DNA of 62,871 bases, the filler included. It is 6 parts of 6 records of this genome, joined end to end, with 100 filler letters (N's around TTAATTAATTAA, not from the genome) between each part and the next. Parts side by side here need not be neighbours in the genome. Positions count along the whole stretch, not along the records: positions 1 to 22,445 come from SRR20825010_2612; 5 more parts are not named here. One strand, written 5' to 3'. Made by a program: the position numbers and the translations under genes. Under the pieces are notes generated by a model that did no database searches, was not told the DNA's origin, and saw only the letters and a list, made by a program, of their open reading frames with translations. Below, piece after piece: positions 10,379-21,121 of this stretch; positions within the stretch are counted from its first letter, which is position 1, and each line of letters opens with the position of its first letter.

Positions 10379-11281
10379 ATGAGCATCCAGCTCACTTTGC
10401 TAAAACCCGTCCTGCGCTTCCAAATCAAACGCCGTTTCAAAAAGAAGCCCGATGTTTTTGAACTGCGCGCAATTATGGACGAAGCGCAGCGCATGCAGAA
10501 ACCAGTGCCCGACGACATCACTGTTGAGCAAATCACTTTGGGCAATGTCCCCGTCGAGCGTCTTACCGCCCCAAACACCGATATAAAATCAGCTTTTTTC
10601 TACATCCATGGTGGCGGCTGGGTTGCTGGCTCACCCAAGAGCCACCGCGGACTAACATGGCGCCTCGCTAAAGAAATCGGCATACCGGTTTTCGCGGTCG
10701 ATTACCGGCTCGCCCCAGAACATTTCTATCCCGCCGGTCTGGATGATTGCGTTTCCGCCTATAAGGGTCTGCTCGCAACCGGAGTGGATGCCAAAAAAAT
10801 TGTAGTTGGCGGCGACAGCGCCGGTGGCAATCTCACCCTTGCACTCACTCTAAGGCTAAAAGCTGAAGGGCAGCCCCTGCCCGGTGCGCTGGTTTGCCTG
10901 TCACCGGCAACCGACATGACGCATAGCAGTCCATCAGGCACCACCAATGCCAACGCCGATACATTTTTCATTCCTGAGATCATGAAGACAGTCGAACCAC
11001 GCTACTATCCTGGGCACGATGCGAAAGAGCCATTTCTGTCGCCGCTTTTCGGCGATGTGACGGGTTTTCCTCCTACGCTCTTCCAAGTTGGCGATACTGA
11101 AATGCTGTTAGATGACAGCACACGCATGGCCGAAAAAATGAAAGAAGCAGGCGTCACCGTCTCGCTCGAAATCTGGCCGCGGGTCTGGCATGTGTGGCAA
11201 GTCATGGCGGATTTGCTGCCTGAAGGCAGACTGGCCATTGGCAATATTGCAAGCTTCGTCCGACTGCACCTGAACAAATAA
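10379..11281 (+). CDS. HSL-family alpha/beta hydrolase (esterase)
   Basis: HGGG, DYRLAPEH, GDSAGG, HVW motifs. Confidence 0.93.
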   Translation: MSIQLTLLKPVLRFQIKRRFKKKPDVFELRAIMDEAQRMQKPVPDDITVEQITLGNVPVERLTAPNTDIKSAFFYIHGGGWVAGSPKSHRGLTWRLAKEIGIPVFAVDYRLAPEHFYPAGLDDCVSAYKGLLATGVDAKKIVVGGDSAGGNLTLALTLRLKAEGQPLPGALVCLSPATDMTHSSPSGTTNANADTFFIPEIMKTVEPRYYPGHDAKEPFLSPLFGDVTGFPPTLFQVGDTEMLLDDSTRMAEKMKEAGVTVSLEIWPRVWHVWQVMADLLPEGRLAIGNIASFVRLHLNK

Positions 11282-11321
11282 CCAATCAACAATCTTCAAA
11301 AAGCTTGGGAAACGCATCGCT

Positions 11322-11945
11322 ATGATCAAGGTCCACCACCTCAACAATTCGCGCTCGCAACGCATCCTTTGGCTGCTTGAAGAGTTGCAGCTTCCCTATG
11401 AGATCATCAAATATCAGCGCGATGCGGAAACCAATCTCGCACCGCCGGAGCTCAAAGCCATCCATCCGCTTGGAAAATCGCCGGTTGTCAGCGATGGCGA
11501 TCAAGTAATTGCCGAGTCAGGTGCGATCATTGAAATCCTGACGCGCAAATACGGCAAAGGCAAACTCTCGCCCGCCGAAGGCACACCTGCCCATGACCGC
11601 TATATTGAATGGCTGCATTTTGCCGAAGGCTCGGCAATGTTGCCGCTTATGCTGGCACTCTACACAAGCCGTCTGGGTGATGCCGCTGCCCCTCTCGGCC
11701 CCCGCATCATGAGCGAAATCGACAATCACTTTTCCTACATGAATAATCTTGTGGAAAAAGGTGGCTATCTAACCGGGCCGGATTTCAGCGCAGCAGACAT
11801 CCAGAACTCCTTCACACTGGAAGCAGGCAAGATGCGTGGCTTCCTCACAAACTATCCCAACCTGCTGGATCTACTGACCAGACTACAGGCCCGTCCGGCC
11901 TACAAAACTGCGCTGGAAAAGGGCGGACCCTACGCATTCGCGTAA
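11322..11945 (+). CDS. Glutathione S-transferase
   Basis: NSRSQRILWLLEEL, HPLGKSPV, ESGAII motifs. Confidence 0.95.
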   Translation: MIKVHHLNNSRSQRILWLLEELQLPYEIIKYQRDAETNLAPPELKAIHPLGKSPVVSDGDQVIAESGAIIEILTRKYGKGKLSPAEGTPAHDRYIEWLHFAEGSAMLPLMLALYTSRLGDAAAPLGPRIMSEIDNHFSYMNNLVEKGGYLTGPDFSAADIQNSFTLEAGKMRGFLTNYPNLLDLLTRLQARPAYKTALEKGGPYAFA

Positions 11946-11975
11946 AAAGCATAATCGCTTAAAATCGAGACAGAC

Positions 11976-12020
11976 AAAAAACCAACGCTCCGAAATGCAA
12001 ATTTTGGAGCGTTTTTATTT
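11976..12020. terminator. Bidirectional intrinsic terminator
   Basis: A-run, then AACGCTCCGAAAT-GCAA-ATTTTGGAGCGTT, then T-run. Confidence 0.7.
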
Positions 12021-12425
12021 GCGATTCGGCTCTACCAAATAGCGCTGAGACGTCTTCAAACGACTTCACTGTTACAAAACCTTGTTTTGACCCCTCCGCC
12101 GCCGGGTTGCATTTGTGACCGCATGATCTCTGATTTTGACAGCGCTGAAAGACACCGGCGGCCATCTGGCTCCAAACAGGTGGATTCCAAGCAGTCAACG
12201 CCAGGCATCTTCAAAGCGGTTTATCCACAGAAACCGCTCGCAAGAATTTTCTCCGACCGGCACTCAAATGGGCCCAAAGCACATTCGCCGATTGTGGAAA
12301 AAACCACACCTCCCCACTGTTCCCATGAAAACAGGCACTTAGACGTCTTTGGGACCTTGAGTGGTGTGAACTCGGGTCTGCCCTGCGACATGAGGGCAGC
12401 GCCCACCCGCGGCCAAAGCGGCCAA

Positions 12426-12454
12426 CCATCACAAAACTGTCACGTAATCGTCGT
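12426..12454 (+). promoter_or_regulatory. Pho box
   Basis: CCATCAC-AAAA-CTGTCAC-GTAA-TCGTCGT, 11-bp period, about 55 nt upstream of pstS. Confidence 0.75.
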
Positions 12455-12508
12455 AGTCAGAGAGTCGAGAGATTTCTCAGGCTGGGCACGACACTGGAGA
12501 ACGTCAAT

Positions 12509-13552
12509 ATGTTGAAACAAATCGGAAAATTGGGCCGCGCAAGCCTCTTTGCTCTGGCAACAATTACCGCAGCAACGACAGCGCAGGCCGCGACCATTTC
12601 TGGCGCGGGCGCCACATTCCCCTACCCTGTCTATGCCAAATGGGCCGAAGCCTACAAAGCGAAGACCGACATCGGCATGAACTACCAGTCGATCGGTTCC
12701 GGTGGCGGAATCAAACAGATCAAGGCAAAAACCGTCAATTTCGGCGCCACAGACGCGCCGCTTTCAGGAGAAGACCTCGAAAAGGCAGGCTTGCTGCAGT
12801 TCCCGACGGTCATGGGCGCGATTGTGCCAGTGGTCAATCTTGAAGGCGTGAAGCCCGGCGAAATGAAACTAACAGGTCAGGTTCTCGCAGAAATTTTCCT
12901 CGGTAAAATTTCCAAGTGGAACGACCCCAAGATCGCCGCAATCAATGAAGGCGTGAAACTTCCCGATCAGGCGATTGCCGTGGTGCATCGCTCGGACGGT
13001 TCGGGCACAACCTACAACTTCACCTACTACCTCAACGAAGCCAGCAAAGACTGGGCCGAAGTTGGCGTGAACAAGTCTGTCCAGTGGCCTGTCGGCCTCG
13101 GCGGCAAGGGCAATGAAGGCATTGCCGCTCTCGTCGGTCAAACATCGGGCGCCATCGGCTATGTTGAATATGCCTACGCCCACCAGAACGACCTGATCTA
13201 TACGGACATGGTCAACAAAGCCGGCAAGACAGTTGCCCCCAGCCTCTCCAGCATTCAGGCCGCCGCTGCCAATGCCGAATGGAGCAAAGCGCCCGGCTTC
13301 GGTGTCATCCTTGCCGATCAGCCCGGTGACGAAAGCTGGCCCATGACAGCCGCGACTTTCATCCTCGTCTACAAGCAGCAGGAAAAGGCCGAAATCGGCA
13401 AAGAAGTCCTGAACTTCTTCGGCTGGGCCTATGACGATGGTGACAAGCTCGCTGAAGATCTGATTTACGTGCCCATGCCCGACAATGTCGTCGACATGGT
13501 CAAGGAAAGCTGGAAGACAGTCGTCGATACAGACGGCAAGCCGGTCCTCTAA
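12509..13552 (+). CDS. pstS: Phosphate ABC transporter substrate-binding protein
   Basis: GAGATFPYP, YQSIGSGGG, HRSDGSGTT, GGKGNEG motifs. Confidence 0.98.
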   Translation: MLKQIGKLGRASLFALATITAATTAQAATISGAGATFPYPVYAKWAEAYKAKTDIGMNYQSIGSGGGIKQIKAKTVNFGATDAPLSGEDLEKAGLLQFPTVMGAIVPVVNLEGVKPGEMKLTGQVLAEIFLGKISKWNDPKIAAINEGVKLPDQAIAVVHRSDGSGTTYNFTYYLNEASKDWAEVGVNKSVQWPVGLGGKGNEGIAALVGQTSGAIGYVEYAYAHQNDLIYTDMVNKAGKTVAPSLSSIQAAAANAEWSKAPGFGVILADQPGDESWPMTAATFILVYKQQEKAEIGKEVLNFFGWAYDDGDKLAEDLIYVPMPDNVVDMVKESWKTVVDTDGKPVL

Positions 13553-13569
13553 TCCATAACTGAACATCC

Positions 13570-13602
13570 GGGCAAGGGAGGGGAAAGCGTCCTCCCTTGC
13601 CC
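13570..13602 (+). terminator. Stem-loop between pstS and pstC (attenuating or stabilising)
   Basis: 12-bp stem GGGCAAGGGAGG / CCTCCCTTGCCC. Confidence 0.6.
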
Positions 13603-13654
13603 CTCGTTTCTCCGATACCAGTATTATTAGACGAATAAGGACAGGACTGGCTCA

Positions 13655-14617
13655 ATGACCGATACAACCACTCGGCCGAAAAGCCTTATGAGGTCTCAAT
13701 TCGGAGATCCACTCTTCAAAAGCCTGACCTTCTTCTTTGCTATCTTAGTTTTGAGCATTCTTGGTGCCATTGTCGTTGTTCTCGTGCGCGACTCATGGCC
13801 TGCCCTGCGCGAGTTCGGCCTGCCTTTCGTTTGGACGGCAAACTGGAACCCTGTCACCGATACTTACGGTGCCTTTGTACCTCTGGTGGGCACGATTGAA
13901 ACCGCGCTTATCGCCATGCTTATTGGCGTGCCTTTCAGCTTTGGCATGGCCTTCTTCCTCACCGAAATGTGCCCGCACTGGCTGCGTCAGCCCATTGCCG
14001 TTGCCATTGAACTTCTAGCGGCCGTGCCCAGCATCATTTATGGCATCTGGGGGCTGTTCGTTCTCGTGCCTGTGTTCCAGCACTATGTCGAGCCTGCGCT
14101 GATCGCCACCCTCGGACCTCTCCCAATCATCGGCCATCTCTTTCAGGGACCGCCGATCGGCATTGGCGTCCTGCTCGCCGGCATCATTCTCGCCCTTATG
14201 ATCCTTCCCTTTGTCACCTCAGTCATGCGTGAAGTTTTCGCTGCCGTCCCCGCTGTGCTGCGCGAAAGCGCCTATGGCCTCGGCGCGACACGATGGGAAG
14301 TGGTCTGGAACGTCGTCCTGCCTTATTCTCGTGTCGGCGTCGTTGGCGCTGTCATGCTGGGCCTGGGCCGCGCCTTGGGTGAAACTATGGCCGTCACATT
14401 CGTGATCGGTAATGCCCACCGCCTCAGCCTGTCATTGCTTGCGCCCGGCACCACCATCTCGGCCACTCTGGCCAATGAATTCACGGAAGCAGACGGCGAA
14501 CTCTACACGGCCTCGCTTATCGGTCTTGGTCTCGTTCTCTTCGTCCTGACCTTCACCGTGCTCGCGCTCGGTAAACGCCTTTTGCTCAAAACGAATGGCG
14601 CGGGAGTTGGCAAATGA
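13655..14617 (+). CDS. pstC: Phosphate ABC transporter permease
   Basis: [37 protein letters not shown]. Confidence 0.97.
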   Translation: MTDTTTRPKSLMRSQFGDPLFKSLTFFFAILVLSILGAIVVVLVRDSWPALREFGLPFVWTANWNPVTDTYGAFVPLVGTIETALIAMLIGVPFSFGMAFFLTEMCPHWLRQPIAVAIELLAAVPSIIYGIWGLFVLVPVFQHYVEPALIATLGPLPIIGHLFQGPPIGIGVLLAGIILALMILPFVTSVMREVFAAVPAVLRESAYGLGATRWEVVWNVVLPYSRVGVVGAVMLGLGRALGETMAVTFVIGNAHRLSLSLLAPGTTISATLANEFTEADGELYTASLIGLGLVLFVLTFTVLALGKRLLLKTNGAGVGK

Positions 14618-15477
14618 GCATTTCAGATCAGACCAAGCTCAAACGCAGACGCCATATCAAAAAACGTCTGCGCTTTGATAACATCATGACCATTCTGGCG
14701 CTCTCGATGACAGCAGCCGTGCTGCTGACACTAGGATCGATCCTGGTCACGCTATTCTACAACGGTATCCAGGCCATCAAGCCCTCGCTCTTTCTGGAAA
14801 GCACCCCACCCCCCGGCAGCGAAGGCGGATTAGCCAATGCCATTTTCGGCAGCGTGGTTATGACAGGCATCGCCGTATTGATCGCCGCACCCATAGGCAT
14901 CATGGCCGGCACATATCTGGCCGAGTATGCACGCACCAGTCGCCTCGCCGACATCATCCGCTTTATCAATGACGTTCTGCTCAGCGCACCTTCAATCATT
15001 ATCGGCTTGTTCGTCTACGGAATTGTTGTGCTCAGCATGGGACATTTCTCGGCTTGGGCCGGTATCGTTGCGCTCGCGATCATTGCGATCCCGATCATCG
15101 TGCGCACAACCGAAGACATGTTGTCTCTCGTGCCTGACAGCCTGCGTGAAGCCGGTGCCGCGCTTGGCACACCACGCTGGAAAGTCATCACATCCATCAG
15201 CTATCGCGCCGCCTTTCAAGGCATCATGACCGGCGTCTTGCTGGCCATTGCCCGCGTCAGTGGCGAAACCGCACCTCTTCTCTTTACAGCCCTTAACAAC
15301 CAGTTCTGGAGCACGAACCTTAATGCACCCATGGCAAACCTGCCTGTGGTGATCTTCCAATTCTCGATGAGCCCTTATGAAGACTGGCGCAGCCTTGCTT
15401 GGGGCGGCGCATTGCTCATCACAACAACCGTCTTGATGCTCAACATTGTCGCCAGACTGTCAGCCAAGAGAAAGTGA
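14614..15477 (+). CDS. pstA: Phosphate ABC transporter permease
   Basis: [30 protein letters not shown] overlap with pstC. Confidence 0.97.
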   Translation: MSISDQTKLKRRRHIKKRLRFDNIMTILALSMTAAVLLTLGSILVTLFYNGIQAIKPSLFLESTPPPGSEGGLANAIFGSVVMTGIAVLIAAPIGIMAGTYLAEYARTSRLADIIRFINDVLLSAPSIIIGLFVYGIVVLSMGHFSAWAGIVALAIIAIPIIVRTTEDMLSLVPDSLREAGAALGTPRWKVITSISYRAAFQGIMTGVLLAIARVSGETAPLLFTALNNQFWSTNLNAPMANLPVVIFQFSMSPYEDWRSLAWGGALLITTTVLMLNIVARLSAKRK

Positions 15478-15485
15478 GCCGAGTG

Positions 15486-16313
15486 ATGAACAGTGACGCC
15501 CTAACAGCTTCTTCTCTGGGAACCAGCAATCGTGCAAGCCTGGATGGCAAGCCCCAGATGCCTGAAAAAATCGGCGTGAAAAATCTCAATTTTCACTACG
15601 GCAATTTTCACGCCCTGAAAAACATCAACATCTCCATTCCCGACCGCCGGGTCACAGCTTTCATCGGCCCGTCGGGCTGTGGAAAATCCACTTTGCTGCG
15701 CACGCTGAACCGTATCTACGAAATGTATCCGGGCCAAAGCGCATCGGGCGAGGTCAATATTGACGGCGAGAACATCCTGAAACCCGGTGCAGATCTCACC
15801 GAGTTGCGCACAAAAGTAGGGATGGTCTTCCAAAAACCGACCCCCTTCCCCATGTCGATCTTCGAAAATGTCGCTTTCGGCATTCGCCTCTATGAAAAGC
15901 TGTCGCGCTCCGACCTCGAAGAGCGTGTGCATTGGGCGCTCTCGCGGGCAGCCCTTTGGGACGAAGTCAAAGACAAGCTTAATGTTGTCGGCACAGGACT
16001 GTCGGGTGGTCAGCAGCAACGTCTTTGTATTGCGCGCGCCATCGCAGTGAAGCCACAGATCCTTCTAATGGACGAACCCGCCTCGGCGCTCGATCCAATC
16101 TCGACAGCTAAACTGGAAGAACTGATCGAAGAACTGCGTGAAGAATTCTGCATCGTCATCGTGACCCACAATATGCAACAAGCCGCCCGTGCCTCGGACT
16201 ACACGGCGTTCATGTATCTGGGTGAACTCGTCGAGTTCGATACATCGGAAAAAATATTCACCAATCCTTCCAATACTCGCACCCGCGACTATGTGACCGG
16301 TCGCTTCGGCTAA
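15486..16313 (+). CDS. pstB: Phosphate ABC transporter ATPase
   Basis: [33 protein letters not shown]-terminal YVTGRFG. Confidence 0.98.
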   Translation: MNSDALTASSLGTSNRASLDGKPQMPEKIGVKNLNFHYGNFHALKNINISIPDRRVTAFIGPSGCGKSTLLRTLNRIYEMYPGQSASGEVNIDGENILKPGADLTELRTKVGMVFQKPTPFPMSIFENVAFGIRLYEKLSRSDLEERVHWALSRAALWDEVKDKLNVVGTGLSGGQQQRLCIARAIAVKPQILLMDEPASALDPISTAKLEELIEELREEFCIVIVTHNMQQAARASDYTAFMYLGELVEFDTSEKIFTNPSNTRTRDYVTGRFG

Positions 16314-16327
16314 CACCGCATTGCTTT

Positions 16328-16342
16328 TGAGAACAACTTGCA
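16328..16342 (+). promoter_or_regulatory. Possible Fur-family operator upstream of FTR1
   Basis: Imperfect palindrome TGAGAACAACTTGCA about 45 nt before the start codon. Confidence 0.4.
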
Positions 16343-16386
16343 GTTAGATCGGCACTTCAATGCAAAATGCTTTGGAGCGCCGTTGC

Positions 16387-17220
16387 ATGTTAGCGACCCT
16401 TATTATTGTCTTCCGCGAAATGATCGAAGCCGGCCTGATTGTCGGTATCGTTTTAGCCGCCACCCAAGGTGTTCCACATCGCGGGCGCTGGGTTGGCTAT
16501 GGCATTGCAGGAGGTGTGGCGGGCGCCTGTCTTGTCGCTCTGTTTGCAAGCGCTATTGCAGGTCTCTTCAAAGGATCGGGGCAGGAACTCTTCAACGCCT
16601 CTGTGCTGCTTCTCGCTGTCGCCATGCTCACCTGGCACAATGTCTGGATGGCCAGCCATGGCCGCGAAATATCCCGTGAGATGAAAGCCGTAGGAGCCGA
16701 TGTCGCAACCGGCCGGCGCACTCTTGGCGCATTGGCTATTGTAATCGGTGTCGCTGTGCTGCGCGAAGGCGCGGAAGTCGCGCTCTTCCTATATGGGATC
16801 GTCGTCTCTGGTGGCACCAGCACTGCCATGCTTCTCATTGGCGGCGCTTTGGGTATTGCTGGCGGAGCGGTTGTAAGCGCGCTGCTCTATTTCGGGCTTC
16901 TGACCATTCCTGCCCACCGCCTCTTCGCCGTCACATCCGGTTTGATCACCGTATTGGCAGCCGGTCTTGCCGCTCAGGCGATCCAGTATGTCCAACAGGC
17001 CGGCTACCTGCGTGTCCTGACAACACGTCTATGGAACAGCAACTGGTTAATCGACGAACGCAGCATTGTGGGCCAGTTGCTGCATACGTTGATCGGTTAC
17101 ACAGCTCGGCCAAGCGGCGCACAGCTAGCGGTTTATGCCGCTACCATCGTGATCATTGTCGGCCTGATGAAGATGACAAAATCCAAGCCGCTTCCGACCA
17201 AGATTGTTACCGCAGACTAA
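16387..17220 (+). CDS. FTR1-family iron permease
   Basis: Two RExxE motifs (REMIE, REGAE); multiple TM segments. Confidence 0.93.
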   Translation: MLATLIIVFREMIEAGLIVGIVLAATQGVPHRGRWVGYGIAGGVAGACLVALFASAIAGLFKGSGQELFNASVLLLAVAMLTWHNVWMASHGREISREMKAVGADVATGRRTLGALAIVIGVAVLREGAEVALFLYGIVVSGGTSTAMLLIGGALGIAGGAVVSALLYFGLLTIPAHRLFAVTSGLITVLAAGLAAQAIQYVQQAGYLRVLTTRLWNSNWLIDERSIVGQLLHTLIGYTARPSGAQLAVYAATIVIIVGLMKMTKSKPLPTKIVTAD

Positions 17221-17244
17221 TCAACACATACATTTTGAACCACA

Positions 17245-17280
17245 CAAAACGCCCCTTGCTGTACTGCGGCATGGGGCGTC
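17245..17280 (-). terminator. Intrinsic terminator of the exbB-exbD-tonB transcript
   Basis: ACGCCCC...GGGGCGT hairpin preceded by an A-run on the + strand, between convergent genes. Confidence 0.6.
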
Positions 17281-17305
17281 TCTGTTCGATCCCGCCAAAT
17301 CCCGT

Positions 17306-18001
17306 TCAGTCTTTAAATTGAAAACGCACAGGTAGATTGATCACCAGATTATCCTGCTCGATAGATGCTGGAAATGGAGGCAACGGGTCCGCGCGACGAA
17401 AAGTAGCCAATGCAGCTTCGTCCAACACCTCAAAGCCGGATGAACGCACCACTCTGCTTGCCAACACATGTCCTTTTCTATCTAGCTTTACCTGAACCGT
17501 AATCACGCCTTCAGGCTTAGTCCAAAGCGCGGCACGCGGATATTTCGAGTGCCTCTCAATATGGGCATAGAGCGCACTGAGATAGCTTGCGGAAATAGCA
17601 GGCGCAGCCTTAGTCGGCGATTGCGCCAGCTTGGGCGCAGCCGGAGGTGCGGCAACACTAGGTTGAGGCGGTTGCTCTTGCTTACGAGGCTTTGGCTTTT
17701 CCCGTTTCGGCTTCGGCTTGGGTTTCAGAACCACTTCCGCCTTCTCAATAACGGGCAGTTCCTTCGGCTTGATTTCCTCTTCGACCACTTTTGGCCGCGC
17801 AGGCGCAGGTGGCGTCGGCATCATGTCGATAAAAATCGCCGGAGGCGGTGCAGCAAGCTCCACAGGCTGCACCGCCCAGCCGACCGCAAGCGCTGCAACG
17901 CCAGCATGCATGCCAAGTACGACAACAAAACTCTTGCTCCAGAGCTTCCGTGTCTGACTATCGCCGCTCACTTGATAGGAAGATATATCGAACTCGCTCA
18001 T
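17306..18001 (-). CDS. tonB: Energy transducer TonB
   Basis: N-terminal TM with His, Pro/Lys-rich linker, YP and SSGFEVLDEAAL C-terminal domain. Confidence 0.93.
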   Translation of the reverse strand: MSEFDISSYQVSGDSQTRKLWSKSFVVVLGMHAGVAALAVGWAVQPVELAAPPPAIFIDMMPTPPAPARPKVVEEEIKPKELPVIEKAEVVLKPKPKPKREKPKPRKQEQPPQPSVAAPPAAPKLAQSPTKAAPAISASYLSALYAHIERHSKYPRAALWTKPEGVITVQVKLDRKGHVLASRVVRSSGFEVLDEAALATFRRADPLPPFPASIEQDNLVINLPVRFQFKD

Positions 18002-18423
18002 TTGACCGGTGCTTCGAGACCGATCAGCGCAACCTTGAGATATCCCGCCTCGCGCAAACTATTCATGACATCCATCAGGTCGCCATAAGGCACACTTTTG
18101 TCTGCACGCAGAAAAATACGCTTTTCCTTATCTCCGCCAGTGAGACCGTCAAGTCGGTCCGACAACGTGTCGCGCGCAATTAGGTCGTTACCAAGCGCCA
18201 ATGAAAGGTCTTCCTGCACGGTCAGCATAACAGGCTTATCAGGACGCGGGGCCTGAGCCGCAGCAGCTGCTGGCAAATCCACTGGAATATCGACAGTCGC
18301 CAGAGGAGCCGCCACCATGAAGATAATGAGCAGGACCAGCATTACATCGATGAACGGCGTGACGTTGATCTCGTGCGTTTCCTGCAGATCATCACCGATA
18401 CCGTGATTGAGCTTCACGCCCAT
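17998..18423 (-). CDS. exbD: Biopolymer transport protein ExbD
   Basis: EINVTPFIDVMLVLLIIFMV; LRADKSVPYG. Confidence 0.96.
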   Translation of the reverse strand: MGVKLNHGIGDDLQETHEINVTPFIDVMLVLLIIFMVAAPLATVDIPVDLPAAAAAQAPRPDKPVMLTVQEDLSLALGNDLIARDTLSDRLDGLTGGDKEKRIFLRADKSVPYGDLMDVMNSLREAGYLKVALIGLEAPVK

Positions 18424-18427
18424 TGGA

Positions 18428-19348
18428 TTACTCCGCTGCTTTACGTGAAACCGGCACCGCACGGTCGAGATCGCGCGAAACAAGGCGCAGAACCTCGGCG
18501 GCAGCATCAGCCACCATGGCACGTTGAAGTGCGATCATGCGGGCAAACATATTATAGATCACAACAGCGGGAATGGCCGCGACAAGGCCAATAGCTGTAG
18601 CCAGCAACGCTTCGGCAATGCCGGGCGCAACAACAGCGAGATTGGTCGTCTGGGATTGCGAAATACCGATAAAGCTATTCATGATGCCCCACACCGTACC
18701 GAACAGGCCAACAAAGGGGGCCGTGGCGCCAATAGTTGCCAATAGACCGGTGCCCAAACCAAGCTTGCGACCAATAGATGCCTCGATGCGCTCAAGACGC
18801 GAACCCACACGCTCCTTGATACCGTCCTTGTCGTCAGACGAGACATCGTTCGACAGGCGCATTTCGAGATTGGCGGACTGAACAAGCATTTGCACCGGTC
18901 CTTTGCCCCTGCCCACTTTGTCTAATGCTTCGCCCAGCGACGACACATTGGATAGAGCTTCTGAAGCGGTCAGAACTTTGCGCCGAGAAGACGCCAGTTC
19001 AAGGCTCTTGGCCAACCAAACCGTCCACGTAAGCACAGATGCGAAAACAAGGCCGATAAGCACAAGCTTAACGACAATATCTGCCCCCATGAACATGCCC
19101 CATGGAGACAGGTCCTGTGGGAGAAGTGCGCGGAGAGCCTGATTCACTTCGGCTTTCTCCGCATCCGAGGCAAAACTAGAATCAGCCTGAGGTTCCAGCG
19201 TGGCGCTGTCCGTCGGCTGGGCAGCAACTTCTGTTGCAACAGGCACAACATCGTCAGCATGAACCGGTGAGAGAAGCATTAGCCCCAGCGCAATCACCAA
19301 AGTGGCAAATACGCTGCGCTGTGTCAGATGAGAGCCAATCCTCAACAA
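18428..19348 (-). CDS. exbB: TonB-system energizer ExbB with N-terminal signal extension
   Basis: ATIGATAPFVGLFGTVWGIMNSF, VAPGIAEAL; TTG start at 19348 with AGGAG 7 nt upstream. Confidence 0.93.
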   Translation of the reverse strand: MLRIGSHLTQRSVFATLVIALGLMLLSPVHADDVVPVATEVAAQPTDSATLEPQADSSFASDAEKAEVNQALRALLPQDLSPWGMFMGADIVVKLVLIGLVFASVLTWTVWLAKSLELASSRRKVLTASEALSNVSSLGEALDKVGRGKGPVQMLVQSANLEMRLSNDVSSDDKDGIKERVGSRLERIEASIGRKLGLGTGLLATIGATAPFVGLFGTVWGIMNSFIGISQSQTTNLAVVAPGIAEALLATAIGLVAAIPAVVIYNMFARMIALQRAMVADAAAEVLRLVSRDLDRAVPVSRKAAE

Positions 19349-19507
19349 TCCCGTTCTCCTTTTACTGTTCCGCGGCCCGAGTAAGGTGCAAGAACCAAGA
19401 CATTCTCCGAGAAAAAACCGATTATGCACATGTGCATTTTGCACCAACCCAACCGAAAGAAATTGGCCAGGAATTATCGGGTATTTCAGAAAACGAGGCA
19501 TATCCTT

Positions 19508-19527
19508 ATTAATAATGATACGCAACA
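19508..19527 (-). promoter_or_regulatory. Fur box-like sequence upstream of exbB
   Basis: AATAATGATACGCAA resembles GATAATGATAATCAT. Confidence 0.5.
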
Positions 19528-19799
19528 GCATAATTCAGGCCGAAGATCGATAATTTGCCGCAGCGCAGCTCGCAAGCCGCATTGACAGCAAGGGATGGCT
19601 CCTTAGTATCCGCTCAACCATAGTGCCAAGGCACATTTTACTCGTTGTTACTGGCCCAGCTTATGCAGCCTTGTGGCAGTTCTAAACAAGGCGTCATTTG
19701 CTCGGTAGGGCAATATCAATCCCCATATGCGCCAATGGGATCCGCTGTCAGGTCGCTGGCCTGATCATATTTCTAGTCACCACAATCGGCGCGCTCTGC

Positions 19800-20786
19800 A
19801 TGCATAATAAGATCAAGGAATTCACTGCGCATTGCGCACTCTACCGTACGCCCGATGGTTGGCGTGCAGCTAGACAGATTGCGGCCACAGCACTTCCGTT
19901 TGTTGCCTTATCCTTCGCCATGTATTTAAGTCTTGAGTATAGCTACTGGCTTACACTGCTACTCGCGGTGCCCGCCGCAGGTTGTGCACTGCGCTTCTTC
20001 ATCATCCAGCATGATTGCGGTCATGGTTCGTTTTTCGCGTCCAAACGGGCAAATGATCTGACCGGTCGCTTTCTCAGCATCTTCACAATAACGCCCTATG
20101 CTTATTGGCGCCGCCTACATGCGCTGCACCATGCATCTTCCTCAAATCTCGATAGGCGCGGGTTTGGCGATATCGACACTCTGACTGTGGATGAATACAA
20201 GGCCCTGCCCCCGATGCGTCGACTTGGCTATCGCATCTATCGCAATCCGGTTTTCCTGCTCGTTATTGGCGGACCTTTGCATTTTCTGGTTTTGCAGCGC
20301 TTCCCGACAACGCTAAAGCGCCCGGCATGGGAAATGTGGACCAGTGTGATGGGCCACAATCTGGCGATCATCGCTTTCTATGGCGCCCTGCTTGCTATTC
20401 TAGGCGTAGAGCACTTTCTGGTCATGGTCTTGCCCATACTAGTCATCGCAGCAGCGGTCGGCGTATGGCTTTTCTACGTCCAGCATCAGTTCGAAAATAC
20501 GCGCTGGGAGACCAGCGAGAACTGGGACCGCCAAACAGCCGCACTTCTGGGCAGCTCCTATTATGCTCTGCCTCGTATTCTGCAATGGTTTACGGGCAAT
20601 ATCGGACTGCATCACATCCACCATCTCTGCAGCCATATCCCCAACTATCGACTGCAAGAATGCCTCGATGCTTTGCCGGAACTGAAATCCATCAACCGGA
20701 TGACCATGCTGGAAAGCCTCAAAACCGCTCCTCTGGCCTTGTGGGACAGCGAAAAGCGCAAGCTGGTAAGCTTTCAAGGCGTTTAA
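19800..20786 (+). CDS. Membrane fatty acid desaturase
   Basis: Histidine boxes HDCGH, HALHH, HHIHH. Confidence 0.93.
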   Translation: MHNKIKEFTAHCALYRTPDGWRAARQIAATALPFVALSFAMYLSLEYSYWLTLLLAVPAAGCALRFFIIQHDCGHGSFFASKRANDLTGRFLSIFTITPYAYWRRLHALHHASSSNLDRRGFGDIDTLTVDEYKALPPMRRLGYRIYRNPVFLLVIGGPLHFLVLQRFPTTLKRPAWEMWTSVMGHNLAIIAFYGALLAILGVEHFLVMVLPILVIAAAVGVWLFYVQHQFENTRWETSENWDRQTAALLGSSYYALPRILQWFTGNIGLHHIHHLCSHIPNYRLQECLDALPELKSINRMTMLESLKTAPLALWDSEKRKLVSFQGV

Positions 20787-20852
20787 TCAAAACGCTTCAG
20801 GCGTTACGCATGGCACTTTGAGCGGGACACCAACTACGGTTAACCTCTGGTC

Positions 20853-21113
20853 ATGCAGAAGCCTCAAAAGCCATGGTTCCTATATATTCTCGAATGTGAT
20901 GGCGGGCGTCTCTATACCGGCATTACCGTCGATGTAGAGGCTCGCTACAAAGTCCATGCATCGGGGCGAGGCGCAAAATTCACGCGCAGCTATCCACCCT
21001 GCCGCATTCTGCATGTCGAAGCCCATACCGACCGTTCGTCTGCCTCACGCGCCGAATATGCGATCAAAAAGCTCTCGCCCGACGCAAAGCGCAAACACAT
21101 TGCCGACCACTAG
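20853..21113 (+). CDS. Small GIY-YIG nuclease (UPF0213/YhbQ-like)
   Basis: FLYILEC...LYTGIT...R...H..GRGAKFTR...E. Confidence 0.9.
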   Translation: MQKPQKPWFLYILECDGGRLYTGITVDVEARYKVHASGRGAKFTRSYPPCRILHVEAHTDRSSASRAEYAIKKLSPDAKRKHIADH

Positions 21114-21121
21114 GAAATATC

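Noticed and set aside
12221-12301. Replication origin
   Set aside because: Only one perfect and one near-match DnaA box, no clear AT-rich unwinding element and no origin-linked genes
20853-21113. GIY-YIG nuclease as mobiliser of the repeat at 1-72, or as a defence gene
   Set aside because: No palindromic repeats flank it and it sits among housekeeping genes (slyX, rluA)
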